Positions 1-9,512 of a stretch of 64,000 bases of DNA are shown one piece after another. This DNA comes from an archaeon (lineage in GTDB: Archaea > Nanobdellota > Nanobdellia > Pacearchaeales > GW2011-AR1): NCBI GenBank assembly GCA_018697295.1, contig JABHTJ010000002.1, positions 28,027-92,026 of the forward strand. The letters run 5' to 3'. The notes under the pieces were generated by a model. The model saw only the letters and a program-made list of their open reading frames with translations. It was not told the origin of the DNA and did not search any database. Each line of letters begins with the position of its first letter. The first letter of the stretch is position 1. The position numbers were made by a program, and so were the translations under genes.

Positions 1-799
1 TTTGAGTTTTTTTCTCGTCGTTGATTAATGCTGCGACATAAAGTGCTGCTGCTGCAATTCCTGAAGGTCCTCGTCCACTTGTTAGTTCTGAAATTTCTGC
101 CTTCTTTAAAATTTTAAGTGCTTCATTTTGGGCAGCTGGAGATAAATGGAGGCTGCTAGAAAATCTTGAAATATAATCTTTTGGAGAACTTGGAGTTACT
201 TTTAATCCAATTTTTCGAATGATGAATCTATAGGTTCTTCCAATTTCTTTTCGTTCGACCTCAGATGCATTTGAAATTTCGTCGAGTGTTCTTGGAATAT
301 TATAGGATCTGCACGCAGCATAAATACATGCGGCAATCACTGATTCCATTGATCTTCCTCGGACAAGTCCTCGTTGTAGGACAAAATTATAAATTCGTGC
401 TGACTCGTCTTTTACAACTGAAGGTAAATCTAAGAAAGATGCCACTCTTCGAAGTTCGGACATTGCAAGACGTAAATTTCTTTCAATAGAAGTTGAAACT
501 CTTTCCTGCCATTTTTTTAATCGCAAATATTTTCTTGTTGCTTGAGTTGAATCTAATCTATAAATGTCTGAAATTTCTCCGACGTTAGTTGTTAATCCTT
601 TATCGAATTTTTGTAAGGAAATTGGTGCTCCTCCTCGAGACTTTTTTTCGGATTTATCAAATGAACGCAATTCGTGAGAAGTATCCACCATTTGCTCTTC
701 TACTAATAATCCGCATGCACTACAAATTACTTCTCCTCGTGTCTCGTCGTAAATTAATTTAGAACTACTACACTCTGGACATTTCTGAGGTTTGGCCAT
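1..799 (-). CDS. tfb: Transcription initiation factor IIB (3' end runs off window)
   Basis: Manual translation from ATG at 799: MAKPQKCPECSSSKLIYDETRGEVICSACG (Zn ribbon) ... LVRGRSMESVIAACIYAACR...PRTLDEI...GRGPSGIAAAALY (cyclin repeats). Not in ORF track because it is truncated. Confidence 0.97.
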   Translation of the reverse strand, partial: MAKPQKCPECSSSKLIYDETRGEVICSACGLLVEEQMVDTSHELRSFDKSEKKSRGGAPISLQKFDKGLTTNVGEISDIYRLDSTQATRKYLRLKKWQERVSTSIERNLRLAMSELRRVASFLDLPSVVKDESARIYNFVLQRGLVRGRSMESVIAACIYAACRSYNIPRTLDEISNASEVERKEIGRTYRFIIRKIGLKVTPSSPKDYISRFSSSLHLSPAAQNEALKILKKAEISELTSGRGPSGIAAAALYVAALINDEKKTQ

Positions 800-887
800 C
801 GTTAAACTTAAAAAGGGTTTTCTTTTTTAAAGCTTTCTATAGAATTTTATTACTCGAAAGTTTTTTTATTTTAATTTTGTGGAGAAT

Positions 888-1247
888 TTATTCAATTAAA
901 ACTGCTTGAACATTTCCTTCTTGGGAAGGCCTATTGGTAATTTTTGCTTTTCCAAGTTCAGTTTCAATGACTGCACCTTTGACCAAGATATTTTGTCTTG
1001 CAAGGAACGTATTCGATTGTGTTTCTAATACATTTTTTATTTGAGATTTTTTTCCCTTGCCGTTTTGTATTACGTTTGCAATTTTTTGAGCAAATGAAAC
1101 TCGTTTTTTTGCTCCGCCCCTCATCTTTAATAATTTTGTTTTCTCTTCGCCAATTTTTACAATTCTTGCTTGGCCAGGTCTACCTGTAAGCTTTTTCTTT
1201 CTAGGTTTTATGTACCTTCCACCACTCATTTTCTTTCCCGATTTCAT
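888..1247 (-). CDS. rps8e: 30S ribosomal protein S8e
   Basis: SGGR...RKKK, RGG, RQNILVKGAVIETELGKAKITNRPSQEGNVQAVL motifs. Confidence 0.95.
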   Translation of the reverse strand: MKSGKKMSGGRYIKPRKKKLTGRPGQARIVKIGEEKTKLLKMRGGAKKRVSFAQKIANVIQNGKGKKSQIKNVLETQSNTFLARQNILVKGAVIETELGKAKITNRPSQEGNVQAVLIE

Positions 1248-1376
1248 ATTTTTTTTACCAAATGAGAGTTTAAATAGCTTTTGGACACTATTTTTTAGAA
1301 TTATAATTTTCTTTCCATTGGATAAATTTAGATTGGATAAACGTAAATTTATATATTTTGATTTTTTACATTTTTT

Positions 1377-2144
1377 ATGAAAGAGAAGGTTGTCATTTGG
1401 TCGATTGTTATTTCTATGATTGTTTTTATTAGCCTTATAGGGATTTATTTTAATCTAATTCCGATTTCCTATAATCCTGGAGATAATTTTGATGTTACTT
1501 TAACTATTAATGGTCCTGGTGATGGTGACGATGGTGGTTCTGATGGCTCTGGCGGTGGAGGCGGAGGCGGAGGCGGAGGAGCTGAGGGTGGCTCTGGAAA
1601 TGGAATTTGTAGTGAACTTTGGGAATGTAGTTTTTGGATGGAATGTGTTAATGTGAAAGATGAATTTCCTCTAGGTTTTTTGAGTGAGGAAAATTATGCT
1701 GTTGCAAAAGAATTATGTTCGTTTGAGGATTATAATGAAGAAATTTGTGGTTATCAAATAAGAACTTGTGAAGATTCTCAGAGTTGTAACAATGAAATCT
1801 TAATTAATGAGATGCCAAGTTTGTTTCAGGCCTGTTATTTTGTAGAAAATCCAAGTTGTACAGATGGCATAGTTAATTGTCATGATGATTCTTGTGAATT
1901 GGGAATTGATTGTGGAGGTCCATGCGAATCTTGTGAACTTGAGAAACCAAGTAGTAATTCCCTTTCTTGGTTTTCAAAAATTCTTATCTTTTTTGGATTT
2001 AAATCCCCCATAACTTCTAATGAATTGATTATCGGAGGAATTATTGTAAGTGGTCTTATGATGATTGCCCTAATTATTTATTGGATCTTGATTTTTTTTG
2101 ATTTTGCCTTTTCTTTTGGGAATAGAAATGCTTTCAAAAAATGA
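1377..2144 (+). CDS. Cys-rich membrane-anchored surface protein with poly-Gly linker (paralog of C-terminal half of 9513..10973)
   Basis: N-terminal hydrophobic helix, poly-Gly run, CxExWxC..W..C and C.DG..NC...CE.GIDCGGPC motifs, C-terminal TM helix. Confidence 0.85.
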   Translation: MKEKVVIWSIVISMIVFISLIGIYFNLIPISYNPGDNFDVTLTINGPGDGDDGGSDGSGGGGGGGGGGAEGGSGNGICSELWECSFWMECVNVKDEFPLGFLSEENYAVAKELCSFEDYNEEICGYQIRTCEDSQSCNNEILINEMPSLFQACYFVENPSCTDGIVNCHDDSCELGIDCGGPCESCELEKPSSNSLSWFSKILIFFGFKSPITSNELIIGGIIVSGLMMIALIIYWILIFFDFAFSFGNRNAFKK

Positions 2145-2302
2145 TTTAGGGAATTTTTCTTAGAAAATTAAAGTTTTTCCATTTTTCGAATTTGTCCTCG
2201 GGAAGTTTATTTTTTTAAAATAATTAAATTTTATCTGATTGGTTGTTCTACATTTTTACCCCACAAAATTTATAAGCAGTTTTTGCATGAATAAGGTATA
2301 CT

Positions 2303-5300
2303 ATGAGTTATGAAAAGTTCGTGATAAAAAAGGGGAAAAAATACGGTCCGTATATTTATGAAAGTTATAGAGATTCGGATGGCCATGTCAAAAAACGTTA
2401 TCTTGGAAAAGGAACTGAGAAGAAAAAATCTCTTGTATCTAAAAAATCTCCTAATTCAATTTTTCCAAATAAAAAATTCTCTATTTTTCTAATTTTTGGT
2501 CTTTTGATTTTTGGTCTTTTGATTTTTGGTCTTTCTGATTCTTCTTTTTCGGATGTTAATTTCTTTTCAGGATCTTCTTCAACCGGCACTGGCCAGGAGG
2601 TGGATTTTTTTGGAACTGAAAGTTTTTTGGGTGTTGACGTTTTTTCAGATTTTTCTTCTTTGTTTTCAGGATATCTTATTTTTGAAGAATTATCTGATTC
2701 AGAGGATGCTCTAGAAGAATCTGAAGAAGAAGTTGTTGAAGAATCTGAAGACAGTTCGGAGCCTGTTGAAGAGAGCCTTGATGATTCTGAAGGGATTGAC
2801 TCTCTTGAAAATGAATTGGATTCCTCTGATAATGAATCGGTCGAAGAGATTTTAGAAGAGGAACCCTCATTGAATGAAACTTCTTTAGAAGAAGGTTCTG
2901 GTGCCGAAGATAATCAAAGTATTGAAGAAGACGATTTAGTTAATGAAACTATTAGTGAATCTGTGTCTGTTGGGAATATTTCTTTGGATGATTCTCTTTC
3001 CAATGAGACCTCTGCAGACGATGATGAGATTAACAATTCACTTCCTCTTTCAAATGAAACTTTGGAGAATGTTTCTCTTACTAATAACACGTTGATTGGA
3101 AATGTTACCGTCATTCTCAAGGAAATTGTTGAAAATACTTCGACGACACTCCAATATAGGGCAGTTATTGGTCGGCCGGTTAAATGGGTGAAAAAAGTTA
3201 ATCTTGATGTCGCCGAAAATGTTACTCTCGAAATTCCTCTTGAAGCCGAAAATATTTCTGTTCTGACTGGGATTGAAGTTGCGCAAGTTTTAGATGGTTT
3301 GGAGAATGATGAATTGGCGATTGAAGAAATTGATCGAGAGGAAATTTCTGCCGGAGTTTTGACAGGGTATGTTTCTTATGAAACTTCTTCTACTGGTTCG
3401 GGGGTTTTAACTCGGTTTTGGAATTGGTTTATCCAAAGAGTTCGAATTTCTGGAAATGTAATTTCTGAAGTTAATCTGAGCAGTGCAATAATAACTGATT
3501 CAGAGGTTCTTCAAATTGACTTGAATAATGTTTCTCAAACAACAGATGAATTAGCGATTGAATACTATACTGCTGCTCCTGAGGCTATCGAGATTAATAT
3601 TCCTCAAGGAAAACGAATTATCGTTTCTGCGAATGATTCTTTAAACTATACAGAGGTTCTAGCTTTTGTTGATTTAGAAGGTCATGGAATTAAAATTAAT
3701 GATACCCGATTAAGATTATATTGGTATCCAGATACTTTTGATGGTTCGGTTTCTGTTCAATCTCGTGTTGAAACTCTTCTTGGGAAAAAAACTATTTCTG
3801 GAGAAAGAATTCCTGCAGAATTTGTCCAGTATGATTTTGATAATGATGGATTTTTAGATTATATTGAATGGGTTGTGCCACATTTATCTGCTCAAACTTA
3901 CGAGATTATAATTGAAATTATTGCTGCAGACCACCTTGATTCTAATCGAACATTTATTTCAAATATTTATAATGAAACTTTTACTCTTGACGATGTTTGG
4001 AGTGAACCAATTTTTAATGGCGAATATGTGCGAGTCACTTTTGAGAAGCCATTAGCATCTTGGAATGATATAACTGTTTTTTCAAAAAGTAATTCTGAAA
4101 CTGTAAACGGTTCTGGAAATTCGAATATGACTATTGAAGTTTATTTAGAAAATGGAACTGAAGTTATCACGTCATTTCCTTATTTGAACGAATCAAATTA
4201 TACGAAAGTTTTATTGACTGGAATGCTTGGAAGTCATAACACTTTCGATTTGAAAATTATTTCATTGAACAATGAAACTAATTCTTCTCTTATTTTTGAC
4301 CACATTATCGATCCCTCAGGAGTTCCTGGAGAAGTTTCTATTGATTTCGAATATGAAACGACCTTGGACGACGGAGCATACACTCAAAATGATTTCCTCG
4401 AGGTTACTGTTAACACTACCGATAATGAGACGAGCAATAATTTGTCTACAATTCTTAATTATGATAACTCTGTTATTGATATTCTTCGTTTCGATACAGA
4501 TTATGATGGATCTTTTGGAACTTTAAGTGGCGTTCTTTCTGGCGGTTCAATTAGTGATCCTGGCCGGTTCGGGTCTAGTTTTTTGGGAACTGGAGTGGCA
4601 GGTTCGGGAGTTAATTATACTCTTGGTGAACTTAATATTAATCCGAATGATGAATTCAGTGTGAGTTTGTGGTTTAGGCGAGAAGCGACAGTTCATGGTT
4701 GGTTAGTTAGTGAGCCAAATACTGCTCAGCGTTCATTCGATGTATTTATGCAGAATAGCGTTCTTAAGTTTCGATTGTATGATGGTAGGACGACACTATC
4801 CACCCTTAGTCAAGAGGGATTAAGTGCTAATGATGGTGGTTGGCATCACTTGGTTGCAGTGTATGATGGGTCTACGGCTTATCTTTATCTAGATGGAATG
4901 TTAAATAAGAGTGCTGCTGCTTCAGGCGTTAAAAGTGCTGTTTTTAGTGATGTTTTTATTGGGCGAACTAGGACATTAACTATTCCATGGGATGGAGATA
5001 TCGACGACGTTGTTCTTTATAATCGGTCGATAGCTTATGAAGAGGTTGTCATGCTTTTTAATGGGACAAATATGACTGTTAATTTTACTGGCCTTGGTGA
5101 AGGGCTTCATACACTCAAGGCTTATGGGACAAATACTTTTGGTGATTTAAATGAAACTGTAGAAAGGACTGTAGGTATTGATTTTAATAATCCTGTTGCT
5201 AGTTTTTTCTTTGACGAAGTTATTGGAACTGAAAATACAACTATTAAAGATAGTTTTGCAATTGCGCACGGGGTAGACTCTTACGAGGAGAGAGAGAACT

Positions 5301-8239
5301 TATTATTTTTTAGCGGCGAAGATAATTTTACTAATGTAACCTCTTTTATTAGTGTTGACGACGACATTTTTGCCTGGTATCGGATGGAGGAAAATAATGC
5401 AACCGGCATTCAAGATTATTTTGGAAATTATAATGGCTCTACTAATGGAGAAGAAATTGTTTCTTCTGGACGATTTGGTAAGGGTCTTAAATTCACGGCA
5501 CAAGATTATGTGGAGGGAGTTAATTTTTCAAGTGCTACTTTTAATGATGGAAAAAACTTTACGGTAAGTGTTTGGTTTAAGAATTCTGCACCAACGCTTC
5601 CAGACAATAATTATCTTTTTAGTTATCGAGATTCCTCAGTTGGGTCTAATGATTTAATTGACTTGTATGTTGACAATAATGAACAAGTGGTTGCAAAAAT
5701 TTATGGTGGGAGTTCTGTGACGATGTTTAGTGGTGGTGGAAGTGTGGGAGATACCGAATGGCATAATGTCGTCGTTACTGGATTGCAGGGAACTACTATG
5801 GGGAGTTACCAGTCTAGACTTTATTTGGATGGGGTCGAGGTAGACACTGGGGCTAGTACTACTTTTGGCACAGCATCAAATAAATTTTATATTGGAAAAC
5901 GATTTAATGGGAATTTTGCTTTTGACGGAATTATAGATGACGTTTTGTTAATTAAACGTACACTTACTGATGGAGAAGTTCAATCTCTTTATGCTAATGC
6001 TACTCAATTAAACACAACCACTCTGGATGAAGATTTTATTACTAATGGGATTCACAACTATACGACGTATACTCAAGATCTTGGAGGGAATGTTAATTGG
6101 ACGAATGAATCTTTGCTTCATAATGCCTCTCTTATTATGGCTTGTCGTGACTTAGGAGTTCCTGGAAGAAATTATTGGCTTGTTGAAAATATTAGTTCCA
6201 CTGGAGACTGCATAACTTTTAACAATAGTAATCAAGTTCTTTTCCTCAATGGAACTAATTTATATGGTTCTAGCCTCGGTTCGGGAGTGATCACCAATCC
6301 AAATTTTGAAAACTCCACTATTTATGGCGGGATTATTAATGGTTTTGCACAAGGAATTTTGAATCTTATGAATTTTACCCGAATAGACAATGTTACTGTT
6401 ATTGGTTCTGCGGTTTCAGGGATTGCATTTCAGGAAAGTAATCATTCATTTTTATCTAATATTTCTGTTCGTGGTTCTCCTACTGGAATAAACTATAGTC
6501 GTTCGAATGGAAATTATTTGTATTGGTTTAATTCCTCGGCAAGTTCTATTCCGCTTTATGTCCACTCTTCTTCAAATAATACCCTTATTGATGGTTTTGT
6601 TGATAAGGCCGGACTTATAGATTTCGGAGGGTCTGGAGGTGTTCTAGTATGGGGCGTTACTAATGGTTCTTCAAATAATACTTTTGAAAATATTACTTTT
6701 ACTGGAACTTCAGAACTTGCATTTAATGACACTTCGATATTTACTTCTTATAATGTTGAAAATTCTTATATAAATAATACAATCCCTTCAACTTTTGATT
6801 GGGATTATTATTTCGAAAATTCCAGTCCTCTAAAATATAATTTTTCGGGGAATAGTATAGAATATTCTAATGAGTTTGCAGGAGTTAAGTTTTACAATGA
6901 ATCTATTGTTGCTTCTGGAGATAATTTTTCCTCAGTTATCAGTCTTGCTTCCAATAATTTGACAGTTGATTCAACTAACAATCCTGAATTTAATTATAGT
7001 GGGCAGGTTACTTTGAAAGGTTTAGGGTTTAGTTCAAACATCTATCCTATAGTTGATTTTAATGATGACACTGAATATGAGACTTGCACTTCTGGAGATG
7101 GAATTTGTACAAATGTTAGTTATTCTAGTGGAACGTTTATTTATAATGTAAGTCATTTTACTACTTATTCTTCGGATGATGATCTTGCTCCTCTTGATCC
7201 TGAAGTTACTATTAATTTTGAAGGTCCAAATAATTGGACTAATGAAACTATTTACTGCAATTCAACCATTATTGATCCGGATGACACTAAACTTATCAGT
7301 GTTAATGTTAGTTGGTATGAGGGAAGTAGTCTTCTTTATACTGCAATACATTCAAGCGAAGGGAATAATACAGTTCTATCTTCATCCTTGCTTTCAGGAA
7401 ATACTAGTAAGGGTTATAGGCTTAATTGTAGAGTACAAATAACTTCTCCTGGTTGGGGCGCACAAAGTGCTATAGTTCAATCTTCAATAGCTAATGTTTT
7501 GAATTATAATACTACCCTTACTCCTACTTCTCCTGCTAATAATTCTGAGACCCTTGATAGGACTCCTTACATGAATTGGTCATATTATGACCTTGATGGA
7601 GATATCCCCTCAGATTATGAGTTGAATATCACTGCATACCAAATTTCTGGCGGGGCTGCATGTAGTGATTCTCAATTAATTACTGGCATTTCAACTAACT
7701 TTACTTTAATTCCTACAGACCTTGCTTGTCTTCATGATAATGGTTATCAGTATCGGTGGAAGGTTCAAGAAACTGGTGTTGCTAGTATTGGGTGGTCTGA
7801 TGAATATACCTTTAATGTTACTGGAGTTCTTGATATGACTTTGACAAATTCTGAAATTAATTTTACCTCTTTAGATCTTGGTGACTCCAATGACACAATA
7901 GATGACAGTCCATTGCCGTTTGTTATTGAAAATACTGGGACCGTTATTCTTAATATTAGTATGAACTCGACATTTATTTGGGAATCTGATCAGGGAGAAA
8001 GTACGGACTATCAATTCAAGGTAGATAATACTTCTGAGCTTGGTTCTTTTGATTGGACGAGTTCAGCTACGAATTTGATTGATACGCGTATTTTGGAAAT
8101 TATTCAAATTGTTAGTTTCTTGAAATATGCTGATGCGAACGATGAAGTTGAAGTTGATATTTCTCTTACAGTTCCTTCGGGTGAGCCTCCGGGTTTGAAA
8201 CAGACAGAGATTATTTATACGGGGGTTTTGGCAGAATGA
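2303..8239 (+). CDS. Giant (1978 aa) surface protein/adhesin with two LamG/concanavalin-like domains, a beta-helix-like region and a C-terminal Ig-like subunit domain
   Basis: Basic N-terminus then TM (LIFGL x3), acidic spacer, LamG signatures (FSVSLWF...WHHLVAVYDG..LYLDG..IG..GDIDDV; WHNVVV..LYLDG..FDGIIDDV), many N-x-S/T sequons. Confidence 0.88.
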   Translation: MSYEKFVIKKGKKYGPYIYESYRDSDGHVKKRYLGKGTEKKKSLVSKKSPNSIFPNKKFSIFLIFGLLIFGLLIFGLSDSSFSDVNFFSGSSSTGTGQEVDFFGTESFLGVDVFSDFSSLFSGYLIFEELSDSEDALEESEEEVVEESEDSSEPVEESLDDSEGIDSLENELDSSDNESVEEILEEEPSLNETSLEEGSGAEDNQSIEEDDLVNETISESVSVGNISLDDSLSNETSADDDEINNSLPLSNETLENVSLTNNTLIGNVTVILKEIVENTSTTLQYRAVIGRPVKWVKKVNLDVAENVTLEIPLEAENISVLTGIEVAQVLDGLENDELAIEEIDREEISAGVLTGYVSYETSSTGSGVLTRFWNWFIQRVRISGNVISEVNLSSAIITDSEVLQIDLNNVSQTTDELAIEYYTAAPEAIEINIPQGKRIIVSANDSLNYTEVLAFVDLEGHGIKINDTRLRLYWYPDTFDGSVSVQSRVETLLGKKTISGERIPAEFVQYDFDNDGFLDYIEWVVPHLSAQTYEIIIEIIAADHLDSNRTFISNIYNETFTLDDVWSEPIFNGEYVRVTFEKPLASWNDITVFSKSNSETVNGSGNSNMTIEVYLENGTEVITSFPYLNESNYTKVLLTGMLGSHNTFDLKIISLNNETNSSLIFDHIIDPSGVPGEVSIDFEYETTLDDGAYTQNDFLEVTVNTTDNETSNNLSTILNYDNSVIDILRFDTDYDGSFGTLSGVLSGGSISDPGRFGSSFLGTGVAGSGVNYTLGELNINPNDEFSVSLWFRREATVHGWLVSEPNTAQRSFDVFMQNSVLKFRLYDGRTTLSTLSQEGLSANDGGWHHLVAVYDGSTAYLYLDGMLNKSAAASGVKSAVFSDVFIGRTRTLTIPWDGDIDDVVLYNRSIAYEEVVMLFNGTNMTVNFTGLGEGLHTLKAYGTNTFGDLNETVERTVGIDFNNPVASFFFDEVIGTENTTIKDSFAIAHGVDSYEERENLLFFSGEDNFTNVTSFISVDDDIFAWYRMEENNATGIQDYFGNYNGSTNGEEIVSSGRFGKGLKFTAQDYVEGVNFSSATFNDGKNFTVSVWFKNSAPTLPDNNYLFSYRDSSVGSNDLIDLYVDNNEQVVAKIYGGSSVTMFSGGGSVGDTEWHNVVVTGLQGTTMGSYQSRLYLDGVEVDTGASTTFGTASNKFYIGKRFNGNFAFDGIIDDVLLIKRTLTDGEVQSLYANATQLNTTTLDEDFITNGIHNYTTYTQDLGGNVNWTNESLLHNASLIMACRDLGVPGRNYWLVENISSTGDCITFNNSNQVLFLNGTNLYGSSLGSGVITNPNFENSTIYGGIINGFAQGILNLMNFTRIDNVTVIGSAVSGIAFQESNHSFLSNISVRGSPTGINYSRSNGNYLYWFNSSASSIPLYVHSSSNNTLIDGFVDKAGLIDFGGSGGVLVWGVTNGSSNNTFENITFTGTSELAFNDTSIFTSYNVENSYINNTIPSTFDWDYYFENSSPLKYNFSGNSIEYSNEFAGVKFYNESIVASGDNFSSVISLASNNLTVDSTNNPEFNYSGQVTLKGLGFSSNIYPIVDFNDDTEYETCTSGDGICTNVSYSSGTFIYNVSHFTTYSSDDDLAPLDPEVTINFEGPNNWTNETIYCNSTIIDPDDTKLISVNVSWYEGSSLLYTAIHSSEGNNTVLSSSLLSGNTSKGYRLNCRVQITSPGWGAQSAIVQSSIANVLNYNTTLTPTSPANNSETLDRTPYMNWSYYDLDGDIPSDYELNITAYQISGGAACSDSQLITGISTNFTLIPTDLACLHDNGYQYRWKVQETGVASIGWSDEYTFNVTGVLDMTLTNSEINFTSLDLGDSNDTIDDSPLPFVIENTGTVILNISMNSTFIWESDQGESTDYQFKVDNTSELGSFDWTSSATNLIDTRILEIIQIVSFLKYADANDEVEVDISLTVPSGEPPGLKQTEIIYTGVLAE
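2492..2534 (+). repeat. 15-bp tandem repeat (ATTTTTGGTCTTTTG x ~3) encoding the TM helix
   Basis: Directly visible: atttttggtcttttg atttttggtcttttg atttttggtcttt. Confidence 0.9.
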
Positions 8240-9447
8240 TAGTTAACAAGAAGTTCTTTTTAGCGATAGGATTTATTTTATTGGTCGGAATTTTTAACTT
8301 AGATGTAGTTAGTTCAATTTCTATTTCTCCTGCTCGGACAACAATGGATTTTGTTTCGGGAACTTCTCGAGAAATTAGTGTGACTATTTATAATATTGAA
8401 GATAAGAAAGTTGATTATTCTATCGAAGCTCATGGAGACTTAGCTTCTTATATTAGCGATTATCCAAAAATAGTTTCTTTTGAATCTGGCGAAGCATCTA
8501 AAGTTTTTACTTATAAAGTTACCTTGCCGGAAAGTTTAGATCCCGGGATTAATGAGGGAGGAGTTTCAATTACTGAACTTGCGGATGAGAATTCCGATGC
8601 TCAAGTTTTTGCACGAGTTTCAGTTGTTAGTCAATTGTATGTTTATTCATTGCATCCGGGAAAATATGCTAATGCTAATTTCAAAATTATTAGTGCTGAC
8701 CAGGGAGGAGATGTTGAATTTATTTTTCCAATTGCGAGTCAAGGAACTTTTGATATAACCAATATTCGGGCTCAAATTGATATTAAAAATCTTGAAGGAG
8801 ATTTAATTGATAGTTTTACGACTCCTGGAATCGAAGTTAAGAGTGGAGAGAAAAAAGATTTGAAATATTTATGGAGTGCGGATTTCCCTGAAGGAGAATA
8901 CACTGCATTTGCAAGTTTAATTTATGATGAAGATACATTATCTTTCGAAGAGAACTTTCATATTGGGGATAAGGATTTGGAATTAGAAGACATTTACGTT
9001 GAGGATTTTTCTCTTGGAGAAATTGTTAAATTAGAAATGCTTGTTAAAAATAATTGGAATAAACCTCTTGAAAGGGTGTATCTTTTAGCAGATATTTATG
9101 ACGATACAGGTGTTGTTTCTACTTTTGAATCTGCAAGTCATACAATTGATGCTGGTTCAAAATATTCTTTTAATTCATTCTGGGATACTGACGGTGTTTT
9201 GCCCGGTTCTTATTTTGCAGATATTGGAGTTCACTATGAAGATTATGGATTTTCTAAAGAGACAGTTATTTTTGAAGTCTCTGAGAATGAATTAAAAATT
9301 GTTGGTCTTGGAAATGTTGTTAGTTCGAGTCCTTTTGAAGTTGGTTCTAACTTGATTCTTTGGATTGTTATTGGATTGTTAGTTCTTGTAATTTTTGTAA
9401 TCTTAATTGTTTTCTATCGGAGAAAGAAAAAAAAGCGGAAGAAATAA
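8236..9447 (+). CDS. Multi-Ig-domain membrane protein (PapD/DUF916-like N-domain, C-terminal TM and basic tail); paralog of 57054..58247
   Basis: Signal peptide, ISISPART...ISVTIYN start, beta-rich domains, C-terminal TM then RRKKKKRKK; ATGA overlap with upstream gene. Confidence 0.85.
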   Translation: MIVNKKFFLAIGFILLVGIFNLDVVSSISISPARTTMDFVSGTSREISVTIYNIEDKKVDYSIEAHGDLASYISDYPKIVSFESGEASKVFTYKVTLPESLDPGINEGGVSITELADENSDAQVFARVSVVSQLYVYSLHPGKYANANFKIISADQGGDVEFIFPIASQGTFDITNIRAQIDIKNLEGDLIDSFTTPGIEVKSGEKKDLKYLWSADFPEGEYTAFASLIYDEDTLSFEENFHIGDKDLELEDIYVEDFSLGEIVKLEMLVKNNWNKPLERVYLLADIYDDTGVVSTFESASHTIDAGSKYSFNSFWDTDGVLPGSYFADIGVHYEDYGFSKETVIFEVSENELKIVGLGNVVSSSPFEVGSNLILWIVIGLLVLVIFVILIVFYRRKKKKRKK

Positions 9448-9512
9448 TTAATTAAAATGGTGATGAATAATGAAAAAAATAAATTTATATACGACGTTTT
9501 TCTAAAAACACT

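Noticed and set aside
265-489. + strand 74-aa ORF and the many other short antisense/overlapping ORFs in the track
   Set aside because: Shadow ORFs of well-supported genes (here tfb on the minus strand) with no motifs.
1552-1580. GGCGGA tracts as frameshift phase-variation switches
   Set aside because: Repeat units are multiples of three and only change poly-Gly linker length.
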